Notes: generated by a model not told the origin, from the letters alone. A DNA stretch of 64,000 bases from Oikopleura dioica (GCA_907165135.1 OU015567.1:5332001-5396000), one strand, 5' to 3'. Positions 11,226 to 24,099 are shown, numbered from the stretch's first letter. Program-made: numbers and translations.

Positions 11226-11831
11226 TTCTTGTCGATCCGACGTTTTTCGAATATAAGTTTATAAACCTTTGGTAATTTTCCGCCTTCCTCTTATCATTTC
11301 CCAAAAAGACAACAAAATAGGAAAATACTGGAGAAAAGCAATTGTCTCTTGGAAAAAATGCGGCGAAAAAAATGACAAACGAGCTGACATTGACAAATTC
11401 ACTGGCGCAAATAATTCCAATTTTCAATTTTAATTTAAATTCTTTCATTTCTGAACGATTCAATTAACAGTAAACTCACGCTCAGCCTCGCTTTCTCTTC
11501 CAACAAATGCTTTCTTCAACTTCATTTTTTGAATCGGAGTTTTCAGCATAGAACTGCTGTTCTTTGATGTTCTCTTCAGTTACTTTCTTTAAAATTGAAA
11601 TGACACTTGGAACTCTACCGCGGGATTGTCCGATCGACAGATTGCACGATTTATTGACAGCGTTAAATTAATGGGCAGAAATCAGAAGAGCGGTGACCCT
11701 GACTCAGGTTTTCTTCGCTGATTGCCGAGCTCGGAAATCTCTAGAACTCAATTCTGCGAGATATTTTTTGATATTTTTAGCGGTCAAATAGAAAAAAAGA
11801 AAAAGAGAGAGCTTCGTTTTTATCGATAAAT

Positions 11832-12041
11832 ATGGTTAGTTGAAGTTCAAAAAATGAGTTGTTTATGAAATTTTAGTCAGCATCCGGCGGAGGACTTTTT
11901 CCATCAGCAAGCATGGTGGTGCACTCGATGTTTTGGCCGCTTTCGAATGATGCGGATTCTTACTGGTACGCGTACTTCACCATTCTCATCGCGTTTTATG
12001 TCTTTATTCTGTTCAAGATCATTGGAGCTTCTCGTATCTAG
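11832..12041 (+). CDS. 55-aa single-pass membrane micropeptide
   Basis: ATG 11832-11834, 42-nt GT-AG intron 11835-11876, exon 11877-12041: MSASGGGLFPSASMVVHSMFWPLSNDADSYWYAYFTILIAFYVFILFKIIGASRI*. AATAAA near 12068. Below the ORF-track size cut-off. Confidence 0.55.
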
Positions 12042-12509
12042 CCGTTTTTCTTTTGATTTTGCATGAAAATAAATATGAATCAAATAAAAATTGTGTGAAC
12101 CGTATGTTACTGAAGGAATATTGGATAAAAGATAGAATTAACAAAAAAAAACGAAATGAAGAAAATCACGAATTTATTTATCAAAAAATCAACTGAAAAA
12201 ATTCATGACAAGAAAGTTTGTAATTTGTCATTGCTCTTGATATGAGCTCACAAGGCGCTAATCCTTGAGGACTTGCTTTCACAAAATGCTCGTCGAGGCT
12301 CAATCTTATCAGACAGAGAAGATTTGTAGAGCTTCCCTGAAGCTTATCAATTATAACGCTGTAAGTATCTTTTTCTCCTTCTTTTCATTACTTTTTCATT
12401 ATTCTTGATGTGAAAAGCTTTTCTTTCAACTCGAACTTCAACATGAAAACTTGTGTGTTTTTCCGTGCACTTTCCTAAAATGGGTAAAATAAAAATTATC
12501 AGAGAAAAT

Positions 12510-13418
12510 ATGGCAGACGAGGAGCCAAAGGTCGAAGAAGTCCCTGCTGAAGCTCCCGCCGCAGAAGAGGCTCCTGCACCAGGTTTTGAATAAATTTTAT
12601 TTTCAGGATTTAATTATTAGAAATTCGAGTTTTTGAAAATATTTTGAGAAAGAAATGAATCAAAAAATGATTATTATTTTCAATTTTTATAAAAAAAACT
12701 AGAAGCCGCTCCAGAAGAAGCCGCCCCAGCCGCAGCTGAAGAAGCCGCGCCAGCAGAAGAAGCCGCGGCTCCAGCACCAGAAGAAGCTGCTCCAGCTGCC
12801 GAAGAGCCAGCTCCCGCTGCTGAGGAAGCCGCCCCCGCTCCAGAAGAATCTGCTCCAGCTCCAGAGGAAGCTGCACCAGCCGCTGAAGAAGCCGCGGCAG
12901 CCGCAGAAGAAGCCGCGCCTACCCCTGAGGAAGCCGCACCAGCAGCTGAGGAAGCCGCGCCAGCTGCTGAAGAAGCCGCTCCTGCAGCTGAAACCCCAGG
13001 TAAGACAAAGACTTAGAGAATAATTTTAATCATTTTTTAAGCCGTCCCAGAGATCGCCGTCGAAGCTCCAGCAGAAGAAGCTGCCCCAGCAATCACTGTT
13101 GAAGCCCCTGCCGAGGAAGCCGCTCCAGCAATTACAGTCGAAGCTCCTGCTGAAGAAACTCCCGCACAGCCCGCCGACGCTCCTGCTGAGGAAAAGAAAG
13201 CAGGACTCTCCGGTAATCCGCATTTTCATCCCCCTTTTCAAACCCTTTCCCTAGCGCCTTTGGTCAAAAAGCGACGAGGATCGGTTGTCGACAAGAACAA
13301 AGAAGGCCAGCTCCTCGCTGCTCTGCAGAAGACCGCCCATATGAAATGGATCCGACACCCCGACTACCTTAACCTCTGGATCATCAACCCTAATTATGCT
13401 CCTCCCCAGACTGCATAA
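12510..13418 (+). CDS. Acidic Ala/Glu/Pro repeat protein with a basic C-terminal segment (KKRRGS)
   Basis: Four exons with GT-AG introns; EEAAPAA-type repeats with synonymous codon variation; C-terminus [54 protein letters not shown]; AATAAA near 13458. Confidence 0.75.
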
Positions 13419-13545
13419 GAAGAAAAAATCATAGCATTGAATATTAAAAACTTTGTAATAAACAAAAAAAAGGAAGCCAGTTTTTTCTCTAGAATTTTAA
13501 TTTTTATGAAAAAATGCAAACAAAAGCTCTTGTTAGAGAAGAGAA

Positions 13546-15640
13546 ATGACAAGAACTTTTTTGCAGAAAATCTTCAGAACGCATTTGACAAAAGAGGATG
13601 AGGAGGACTTCGATGAGATTTTCAAAACATGGATGCATGAGGCAGCCAAATATCTCGTTCTCTTCATTTTGATGACTTTCTTGCTGGCTTCAGATCACAT
13701 GTATCTCAGCGCGCTTGATGATTTTTTACAAGAAACGGTTTTTTACTATCATTTTTTCGAAAAAAAGACAGTTGAAAACCGAGTTTTGGAGAAAATTTTC
13801 GACGGCGAATCTTCTGATATCAAGTCGTTTTCCGCCTTCGAAAGCTGGTTTCGTGGAGTTTTCAAAGAAAACATTCTTATTGGAGAGTTTTCAACGCTTC
13901 TTATCAATAAACCCAGGCTCACGAGAAGATTTGCGAACGGATCCGTCGCCAAGACAATTTTGGAAAGCGAGGGAAACTTCGGAATTCAAGAGTTTGGCGA
14001 AATAAACGACATTGATTTTCACTGGCAATCTGATGCAGCTACTTTCATCTCAGGTTTTTATGATTCTTCATATGGTCAATAATTCTTCTTAGTTGGAAAC
14101 ATTCATTTTCACCTGAGCGAGAGCACGGGTGGAGCGTCCCTGCTTCTCCAGACCTACCGATTCGACGAAATAACGATCTCATCTGTTCTCATCGTCGCGC
14201 TCCTTTCGCTTCTAGCCCTCTTCCTGCTTTTCGAAAAATTCTACGAGGCGTACATTGTCGGAGAAAGAGAGTTCTTCAACGATGCTAATCGAACATGCTG
14301 TTTTCTCAACATCGTCCTCCTCTTTTTCGTCGCTTTGAATCTTTTATCAATTCTAGGAACAGCTCAGAAAATACTCTCGAACCAGGGAATGAGATATATG
14401 AGCTTTTGAAAAAGGCACTTGCGTCCCAAAAAGATACGAAGAGCAGCAATGCTACGTCATCGACAGTTTCAAAAGAAAGGCTCTCCCTCACGAAATCCTC
14501 CTCGCCTGCTCTCTCTTCACCGCTTTCGATGGAACCCGATTTTTCATCGATGTCAGAAGCTCTGCTGCTTTCTGCCTGGCTTTCAGGCGGATGTTCATTG
14601 GGCTAAGAAGCCTGATTTTGATGGTGGTCGCGGCGTTTTGTGGAGTCTTGATGATTTTGAAGAGTCTTTATGGGGTGGAAAACCTGTTTTTCTTGAACGA
14701 GTCGATTTTCAGAAGCGTTTCTTGGATTTTTCTGCTCCGGCATAATCGGCTCATTTCGAGATCGCTGCCAGAAACGGGCCAGAATTTGGATTTACTTTTT
14801 CGTTAAAAAAAGGGTTGAAATGCATCCAATCAAAGGCATCACGATCACCTTCCTCATCCCTTTTCTTTGGGTTGCTTTCATACCGTTCATCTTCGCCATT
14901 TATCGATTTGAAAAGAAAAATGCCAATCTTGAAATCAAGGAAGAAAGCAAAGAGTTCTTCATTTCAAATTACTTCAAATACGTCGTCGAAAAGATCCTTG
15001 CTCGATTTGACATGGGGAGTGATGCAGCAGAAGAAGAGATTAAACGATGTTTTGATGCTATGAAAGGTACAGTAACCTACGCTGTAGCTCCTTCAGTAAT
15101 CTAGCCCTAACCCTAACCTTTCTGTTTTCAGAGTCGAAGCAAGTTGATTTCCTAAAACTCCAAGAAGAGCTAAAAGAAGAAGCGCAGGGAAAACAAGATA
15201 AACTTGATGAAGTAATGGACTTATTCGTTGTCAATGCTTTGGAACATGAAATCGCCAGGCTCAAGTATCAACAAGCAGTGAGAGAAGAAGTGGACAAGCT
15301 TCGACCATATTTTCTGACGACAAAGAAATTCGTCCATTTTCTCAAGCGAATCGAAAGAATTGAGCAGCTTATCTTCTCAGGAACTGATTCGTGAGCTCAT
15401 TAAGTCTGATAATTCGAGGTTTTTTGTGTCGAAAAACCTCCAAAATCGTCGGTATCATGGCAATCAAAGATAATCGGCCTAACTGACTGTAAATTTATCC
15501 GTTTGAATCAAAAAATAGTCAGTGAAAATCTAGAATACGTCGAACAAAACCTTCAACAGCTTGCTGAACCGAAAGAACGAAAAGTTATCCGTCGCCGAAA
15601 AGTGAAAAATCCCGACCCAACATCTTCTGAACCGAATTAA
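13546..15640 (+). CDS. Divergent polycystin-2-like (TRPP/PKD2 family) channel
   Basis: S1 helix KYLVLFILMTFLL; TOP-domain-like IKSFSAFESWF and LINKPRL; several further hydrophobic exons; C-terminal FVHFLKRIERIEQLIFSVSENLEYVEQNLQQL resembles the PKD2 coiled coil. The last intron needs a GA donor (15381-15518). Central junctions are unresolved. Confidence 0.65.
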
Positions 15641-15844
15641 CAAACTCATAAATACATTAATACAACTCTGATATTGGCTTTTGTTGTCTGGGAGCCTCGA
15701 TAAATTCATGAATTACGAAGTAGCTCGCTTGTCAATTTACTTTACCGTTAATTCTGTCTCGCAGCCTTTTCTTAAATAATTAATTATGAAAACAAGTCTT
15801 TATTTTGGAGATTTTATTTCACAGAAAATCATGATTCAATTTCT

Positions 15845-16153
15845 TCAAGGTTCCCTGAGGAATTTTCCGTAATAGTTGTTGTAGTAATGGTCAGCAACAT
15901 GTTTTTCAACACCAACAGATTGAGCAAGTCGATATGTTTCGTAGTATTTTCGGAGGAGATAGTGCTGTCTTCGTTTGTTGACCAGAAGTGCCGCGGGGTC
16001 CTGGACGGATCCGGGAAGAGCATGCATGCTGCGTTTTTGCTTCGTGTTCCCGTGGTAGGACAGGAATGCGTTGCGACGGAGATCGCTGTTTGAAGACGCG
16101 AAAATTTGCTGGAAGAGGAGAAAAAGTGCGAAAAGAAGCTGCTGGTTGAACAT
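15845..16153 (-). CDS. Secreted precursor with multiple dibasic cleavage sites (candidate prohormone)
   Basis: Signal peptide MFNQQLLFALFLLFQQIFA; RR, KR and KRR sites; Tyr-rich C-terminal part RKYYETYR...HYYNNYYGK. Confidence 0.6.
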   Translation of the reverse strand: MFNQQLLFALFLLFQQIFASSNSDLRRNAFLSYHGNTKQKRSMHALPGSVQDPAALLVNKRRQHYLLRKYYETYRLAQSVGVEKHVADHYYNNYYGKFLREP

Positions 16154-17463
16154 TTTGGTTTTCCTCCTTTTTTCTTCCTTTTTCTTTTTGATGAAAATTC
16201 GAGGCGTTTTCGTTTATTTATATGGATTTTTTTATGGAATGCGATGGCGCGCCAGAGCAGAAAAAGAGAGGAGGATTCTCATTTTTATTAGCGACATTCA
16301 AAAAAGTGAAAATAGAAAAATAGGAACGAGTGTCTTTTGCTACTCATCGTTTTCGTAGTCCGCTGGTGATTTTCGTTTTTGCTGTTCGTTGAAATTATGC
16401 GACCATTCAATCCAAAAAAATGCTGAAAGAATAGCAATTTTTTATAAAAAAAAATTCCGCATAAAAACAAGAATCGTTGTTAGACGTTCTAACTTAGAAC
16501 CATTTTTACCGTCATTCCAAAGGAAGTCTATGACTCATAGACTATGACATTTGAAGGGGGGAAGACTCAATGTCAAAACTTAAAGCTCTTCCGTTCAAAA
16601 GTACCAAGACATTAGTATGTTTTACTCATGCCTACCTAAAGCCGTAGCGGGAACCCACTTCCACCAGCTGTCGTTAAACCGCCTCAGCGCTCTAAAATCA
16701 AGATATTTTTCATTGGGAATGGTCCCAAATGCTCACCTAGGGATGTATTTGAAAGTCACGAACCTCTCTTTGAAGCAATCCAATGCTCCTTCTTGCCGTT
16801 CTAGCGTCGCATATCCCTTGATTCCCTGATTCGTAAACGCGCCTGAATCAAGTTAATCAGCATCAAGGGCCTCTAAACTTCTTTAAACCTGGCGCTAGAC
16901 CCTTAACCCGCCTTGAAAGGGTCAAAAATCTCTGCTGCGTAAAACTCCTCATTTTTAAATTTATTTCTCAAGAAAAATCAAAAATCAGTAAACTCGGGAA
17001 TCAGAAAAGATCATTTCCGGCCGCCAAAGTACGATGGATCGCTAAAAATTGAGAATTTTGGGTCGCTGACGAAATCGCTGGCACCATCGATTACGCCAAA
17101 CAGTCGCTTTTTTCGAAGATTCATTTGTGGATTTTCTTCAATTTTGCCAAGCTAGATTTCGATTTATTGAGGGTGGGACTAAAGAAAACGTACTTGATAT
17201 TGCATTAGATCCTGCCATCCTCTTTTCGCCTGAAACATACCGAATCCGGATGATTTTGCCGCAGAGCCAGATATAAAAGCTAAAATAGAAGATAAAGATG
17301 ATGATCCCGGATCGGCTTTTTATTGAAATTATTGCAATAAATGGCAAGATATGATCTTACTGATTTTTTCTTGAAATGAATTTTTAGACCATCCATTTTG
17401 CCAATAAAAGATTCTTTTCAAAAAAACCTTTTTCGACAAAATTCTTCTTCCATAAATAACGTA

Positions 17464-17654
17464 GCGATACCCTTATTTTATCATGAATATAGCAAGCTTG
17501 CACTCTTAACTAGGTTCTTTGAATGCTAGAATTTATAACAATAAATTTTTTTATTCAAAATTTAAAAATAAATTGATAGCTTAAAATTCTAGCGTTCAAA
17601 GAACCTAGTTAAGGGTGTCAGCTTTCTTCATTCATGATAAAATAAGGGTATCAC
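17464..17654. mobile_element. ~190-bp hairpin MITE flanked by TA
   Basis: TA|GCGATACCCTTATTTTATCATGAAT...TTCATGATAAAATAAGGGTATCAC|TA with inverted arms of ~70 bp. Confidence 0.7.
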
Positions 17655-19039
17655 TATGGTATTTATGAAAGAAGAATTTGGTCGAAAAAGGCTGAATTTC
17701 TTAAAGTTATCGAATAATATCAAGATCCTGATAAAAATATGAAAGAGCAATTTGATGAAAAGAAGAATAAAGGTTAAATTTATCCTTTATATCGAAACTT
17801 ACCGATAGACAACAGCATAAACCGCATTTTACGAAGGCTGCGAACAACAAGTACCACAACAAAAATATAAAACTAAGAATTCGCAAACTGATTTTATTTT
17901 GCGGTCGCTTGCTCCGTATAAATAGTTGGAAAGGAGGCAATTAATTATTTCTCGATGGTCCATCATGTGGCGCAATTCCGACATTTGACACATGTCAAAA
18001 TGAATTCATTTTTCATTACTTCTCATTTATTTATTTTTTTCTGCGCACACTGTCAAGGAAATAGAACTTCTGCTCGCTCAAATCATAAATTCAATTCTGG
18101 CAATGTTTTCTAAAAAAATCTTTATCAAGCTCCTTTCAAAGGAAAAACCATCCCTTCCTCGACTTTTTTTATAGAAAAAAGCTAACAAAGAGACCTTTTT
18201 GCCTTGATCAAATCTATTTTTAAAGATATAAAATAAGGAACGTCATCGGCGTTATCGATGTTATCTTGGGCTTTATATGGAAAAAAGTCTATTTTATGAC
18301 TTGTCATAATCAAATTGATAGATTGATTGATATGTTTATAAGATTATTTTTTCTAACATAAGAATAATGATCACCGACCAACCTTTCTTTCAATTAAAGA
18401 CGCTTTTCTTTTACATAAAACTCACATAACAAAAATCAGCATCTGTTGATCTACTTATAACCGTAATGTACCAATTACTACCCGGATAAAATCGACTAAA
18501 CGATACGATAAGCGTTCTTTCTTCCTAAAAAAATTCTTAAATCAAGCACGGAAAAATAACTGACTTAGGAGAAATCAAAGCGACTGTCAATAGAAATTAA
18601 CACTGTTTTACAGTAATTCGCAAGAAAACTCACTGTCAAGCAAGAACTTGGAAGAATTAACAATTATTTGCCAGTGAATAAATTCGCAACTGTTGTTCTG
18701 AATCTGTTGACGAAAAGTAATTAATAATAAATAAACTAATTTACTTTGGAATCTGTTCGATTCAAGCAATTTCTCGAAAAAAACGAAATAATTAGCATAA
18801 AAATGTACTTTCAAGCTCATTGATAATTCTTTGTCGTTTACGGAAAATAGACAATCATATCTTTTCAATGATCATCATTGTCAATGTCGGGCATATTTGA
18901 CCAAGAGTTCGAACAAATATGAACTGTGCGGTGAAGCTACCAAATATGGCGAGAACAGTCATCGACAAAAATACGTGATCTAGCCGGGAGCGATCAATAA
19001 TAAGATCTATCTTCAAAACTCCCCGTTTTCGAAGCCAAA

Positions 19040-20882
19040 ATGGAGGCGTTGTTGGAATATTTTCCAGCCAAGAGAATCTCGATGGAAGAAATCCCGGATG
19101 CGACGAAAGAACAACTGAAGAAAATCTCGGAGTTTTTGAAGACCCGTTCGAGGGCGGAGATTCTTGCTATCAGCGCTATAGGAATGGCTCAAAAATTAAA
19201 GCTAATTGATTGATACCCTTATGTCTTGAACCATGAAAGGACTGAGCGGTTTGGCTGGCTACTGCTGGGTTCAAAACAAATGGAAGTACTGGGAGCGCAA
19301 GGGAGTCCAAGGCCCAAGACCAACCTTTTCCGATATGGGAAACACCATTTCGATCTTCAACGATTTGGGCGAAGGGCTCTTCAAGGAGTTCCCGTCGCAA
19401 GACGTCCTCGGCATCTACTTCTTCGGCACCCGACCCTGTCTGATCGTCAAAGACCCGATGGTCTGGAAAGATGTTTGCATCAAGGGCTTTCAAAACTTCA
19501 CGACGCGAGGAAGGAGTGAAGCGAACTTTGCTTTTGGAAAGATGTCGGTGGATTGGATGACCGCTGCAGAAGGGGCGAAGTGGAAGAGGTTGAGGAACAC
19601 GATCGTTCCGTTCTTTTCCGGCGCGAGATTGAAAGAAACCTGCCTGGTTTTGCAAGATACTTACGAGCACTTCGAGCTCAATCACTTCCCAAAAACGCCA
19701 ACTATCGAGGTCGACGCCAAAGACTTTTCTGCTGGCTATACTCTTCGGGCAATCCTCGGTTCTGGCTATTCTTTGAACGCGAAAGAAAACGAAGAGCTCG
19801 TCGAGGAAGTCTACAAGCATTCTAACATTCTCTTCGCCACAGATTTCATCGGATCACTGAAGAGTCTCATCATCCCAAGATCGATCAGATTCAAATTGAA
19901 CATCACCAACTATCCTTCATCCACGGACAAGTTCTTCAGAGATGTCATTGCTCAGATTATGGAGCAGGGATCGAAGGGAGGAAGGACTAATCTCGTCTCG
20001 CTTATGGCGAATCATATCATTGATGAGTCGGAGGAACACACAGCCACCAAGGGATTCACCAAGGTAACTATCAAAAGAACTCCTTCAAAAGACATACCTT
20101 TCTAGGACGAAATCGTCGCCCAAGCCCTCCTCTTCCAGCTCGCCGGTCAAGATACGACCGCAACAGTCATGTCTTTCTTGCTCTTCGCCTTGGCCAGGAC
20201 TCCCAGCGTCCAGGAAGACATCTACAATCGAGTAAAAGACGCAGACATAAGTTACGAAGGGCTGAAAAAGATCAAATTCATCGACGCTTGCATCAAAGAA
20301 ACCCAGCGCTATTTCACCTTTTTGATGCTTATGCGCGAGGCCGACCACGATTGCGATGTGGCAGGAGTCAAGGTATGATTTCAAAAGCCAAAACGGTTGA
20401 AAAATGGTTGATTTTAGATCGCGAAAGGAGATCTTGTGATGTTCTTGCCCTACATGGTTCACAAAAACCCGGAGTACTACGAGGATCCAGAGGTTTTCAA
20501 CCCCCATAGATTTGATGGAAATGAATCAAATACTCTTCAAGGTAACTGAAGTTCAAAGGTTTTGCTACCTCTCTTAGGAAACCCCCTAAGCCCCTTATGC
20601 TAAGGGAAGTTCCCTCTTTTTAAACTCGAAATTAAGGGGACCCCTTTAATTCTCCATTTTTCAGATGATTACTGGTTCGGCTTCGGAATCGGCCCCCGCT
20701 CTTGTCCTGCTGTTCGGTGGGCCTTTGTTGCGATAAAAGTCTTCATCGCAAATGTCCTGAAAAACTACGAAATCCTTCCGGGAGAAAACACGCCCGGAAT
20801 CCACGAATTGAAAATGAAATTCGAAGGCGCTAATGTAAGAACAACTGTTCCCATGAAGATTCGCTTCAAGAAACGAAACTGA
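19040..20882 (+). CDS. Cytochrome P450, CYP3 clan
   Basis: Membrane anchor EILAISAIGLSGLAGYCWV (across a GA-AG intron 19182-19239), GVQGPRP, FTTRG, WKRLRNTIVPFFSGARLK, I-helix AGQDTT, ETQR, PHRF, heme motif FGIGPRSC; stop 20880-20882. Confidence 0.92.
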
Positions 20883-21172
20883 CATTCATGAATTTTTTAT
20901 CTCAAATAGATATTATTGAATAAATTTTATTAATAATTGTTATTGGTGAAAAACAAGGCACGGGAAGTGAAATTGAAGCAGGGATACTTTGAAATAAATA
21001 GAAGTCGTTTTTAGCAGGTTTGAGCGAAAATTAATGGAAAAAATACAGAAAAAGGGAAAAAGAATCATGAAAAAATCAATATTTTTGCATATTTTTGGTA
21101 TTTGGAAGAGTTTGATTGCCTTTGCAACGGTAGAAAGAGGAATTCAAAAGTAATGACAGAAACAAAAAAGCG

Positions 21173-23634
21173 CTAGAAATCGTCGAAAAAGACCTGATCT
21201 CCGTTTTGAAAGTGATCTTCTTCGCGATCTGACCCGTCTTCTTCGTCTTCTAGAGTCGATTTCGGGGATGATTGATTCGGAGTAGAGTCGATTGGATGAG
21301 AAGAGGAGGGAGCAGGCTCTGGCTCTGGAATGATGGACGAAGAACTCCTGTGGAGCTGGTCGGATGAGTCGAACTTTTTGCCAAGACGTTGGAGAGCGCC
21401 TGATAATTCAGCCTGAAATCATAATATGTGGAGTCCTTGGCGCAAATTTCAAGGGCTTACCTTTGCTTCAACGAGACGAAAATCAATATTCTGCATCGTT
21501 TTTCTTGAGTCCTCGAGTTTCTGCTCCAACTTGGACTTCAGTTCTGAAATAACTCATTCCAACATCAATAAATGGGAGCTGAATTCCTACCGAAATAGGA
21601 AGTAGCCTTTCGAATATTTCTGCGCTCAGCTTTTAGCAATTGAGCAGCAACTTCTTCCGCGAGTCGATAATTTTGAGCAGCTTCTTCGTGACGACACTGG
21701 ATTTTCGATTTTTCAGCGGAGGCCTGAAATTTTGATTAGAAATGAGTCTTGACTCAACGAAGGGGCTGCAACCAGGTCGAGAACCCGCCTGCGGCTTGGG
21801 GCAAAAAGACTCGAAAAGCCGCGTTTAGCTCGGCTCAATCCTTTCTGGAGCTCTAAGCCGCAAGCGGCTTCTCGATTTCAAAAATATACCGACCTCATTT
21901 TTCGTCACAAACTCAATTCTTCACTGAAAATACCTGGTTAGCTCGATCATTGGCCTCATTGAGCAGCTCCAGCCATTGCATGTTCGTCGGATCGCTCATC
22001 ATTTTCTCCTCCGAATTGGCGACGAGATCTCGCGAAGCCTTGAGAATCTGCTGCGCGCGAGTGTATTGATTGGCGAAATGCGAGGTCCGCCCTTTTGCGT
22101 TTTTGCTTTTTCGAAGAGCATCGAAGTACGGCCTTGCTTTTTGAACTGAATCGCCCAGGGCGCGTGCTTTTAGTCGAAGTTGATCGGCAAAGTCGGACAT
22201 GAGCGATCTATTGTATCTTCTCGCCTGGTCGGCTTCTTTCTCCAGTTCGGCAATCTTCCGCTGGCACCGCTGGACCCGGGACATATCGAATGTTGAAGAG
22301 CTTCCGGACAAACTCCAGTGAGAGCCGCCGATTTCCGAGTTGTTGCCAGAATCCGTGAAGATCGACAAATTATCACCCGCATTGGAGTCTGCATAATCCG
22401 TTTGCCTAGAAAAATTACAGTTAATTTCAAAGAAACCAGCTATAGAACAGACAATCAAAACCATTCTCTTTCAATATTTCATTCTATCAACAATAAAGAA
22501 GTACCACTCTTTGAATGTTCTCTATTTTTTGTTGTTTACGGCCACTTTCTTGTTAGCGGATATGTTCATTGAAATCGTGAAGCCGCATACAGTACTGCGG
22601 CATACTGCCTCGAGTTCATGAAATCCTAAAGCCGCGCATAGATCAGCTTTTTGATTCATTTCGCTCGAAGACAGAATTCGCTTTTCGATTTTAATGAACA
22701 TATCCGCTTTTTAGTGGCCAAAAACAGGACAAAGCGTAGAACATCCAAAGGGTGGTTCTCGTCCGTTATTTTGATAAAATAAATAGTTGAAAAAGAGTGG
22801 TTTTGATTGTTCGTGTTGGAGCTAAGAAAACAACTCCGAAAATAGGAAGTCGTCCAAGTTCTATTGCTAGAAAAATATTTTCCCAAAAGCATGTTTTCTT
22901 ACCCAAGAGCTTCAATTTCTTTCCTCAGCTCGTCCATCTGCAATGCGGGATTGTCGGTCGAAAACGCGAATCCCAGCGCGTTCTCAACTCCATTCCAGCT
23001 CGAGCTTCTTTTCTGATCATTTCCAGACGACTCGAGTTGACTTCGCAAATGGCGATTTTGGGCTTGAAGTTCTTCGTTTTCACGGCTCAGTTCTAAAAGT
23101 AACGCTTTTATCTTTTGATGTGCCAGAATGGCTTTTATAACGGGCTTTTATATAACCAGAATTTCAAAATTACTCTCGCTATTTTCTTTGATATAAAGAA
23201 AATGAGGAATACAAGATGTCACTGGCGTCATTTTAGGCTCATAAAATATATTTTCAAAGATATTTTTTGGGTTTCCCAATTATCTGAGCTCGGCAACCGA
23301 TGAAGAGAACCTGAGGCAGGTGCTTTTCTTGAGTTGTAAATAAATTATTTTTATATTATATAAATTAGATCTAATTCGAGTTCTATTAAACTATTTGTAA
23401 AGGAAAGTTTCGAGACTTATTTTGATATTTTTATGTTATAAAATAACTAGTCATAAAACTCATCCAAGCAAAGACAATTGTCTTTGAATCAAGAGCTTCT
23501 TGACAAGAAGTACCTTCGACATGCTCAGCCAGGGCCCTGTACAAATACTTCTGCACGTCGAGTTCATTCTCCTCCTCTTCCAGCAATTCTCCGATTCCAT
23601 CGACTCCAAAAAGCGGGTCTTCATTTTCTATCAT
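21173..23634 (-). CDS. SH3BP5: SH3BP5 (Sab/parcas)-family protein with an N-terminal coiled-coil extension
   Basis: LGDSVQKARPYF, QWLELLNEANDRAN and NIRKATSYFELKSKLEQ...AELSGALQRL match the SH3BP5 domain. Upstream exons join in phase (HVE|ELSRENEEL). SH3BP5 versus SH3BP5L cannot be resolved. Confidence 0.75.
22502..22796. mobile_element. Degenerate inverted-repeat element in an SH3BP5 intron
   Basis: AGCGGATATGTTCATTGAAATCG versus CGATTTTAATGAACATATCCGCT, with weaker outer arm matches (GGCCACT/AGTGGCC). Confidence 0.55.
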
Positions 23635-24099
23635 TCCTTCCGGCTACTTCGATCTCTTCTTTCTTCATTTACTTCTTTTCCGTTTTTCTCTTGAAGCAAC
23701 TTTCATCAATCAGGACGAAATTTTGAATCGGAAAAAGGAAAAGTAAAAAATCTTATTTTTCGCGTCGTTACGCGCCGCGCCCACGCGATTTTTCGCACCA
23801 GGAATGATTCACCCGCCGGAACCCAGCACTAGGAACCAAGCGCTTCCTACGTTTCTACCGTTTCTCATTTCTGAGTGACTTATTTCCACAAACAATAATA
23901 ACGAGTGGTCCTTCAGTAAACTAACAGTTGAAAATCGAAAAGGTGCCTGCGGCTTTTTTTGCTCGAAGCCGCAAGCGGCTTCTCGATTATCAACTGTTAG
24001 TTTACTGAAGGATCATTCGTTATTCTTGTGGGAATATGTCACAAAGAAATGGCTTTTTCGGTATCATGCTTTAGCCTTCAAAGCATGAAAATAAAATAA

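Noticed and set aside
11074-11463. 129-aa ORF (and 1110-1337)
   Set aside because: They overlap the palindromic CCAAT-pair repeat within introns and have low-complexity K/F/N composition.
12610-12876. Leu/Gln/Arg-rich minus-strand ORF
   Set aside because: It is the antisense reading of the EAAP repeat exon.
15103-15118. CCCTAACCCTAA telomere-like hexamers (also ~25575 and ~61313)
   Set aside because: Only two or three units inside introns or a MITE; too short to call interstitial telomere.
16500-18850. AT-rich region with short ORFs and isolated GTAAG donors
   Set aside because: I could not assemble a consistent exon chain; treated as intergenic or regulatory.
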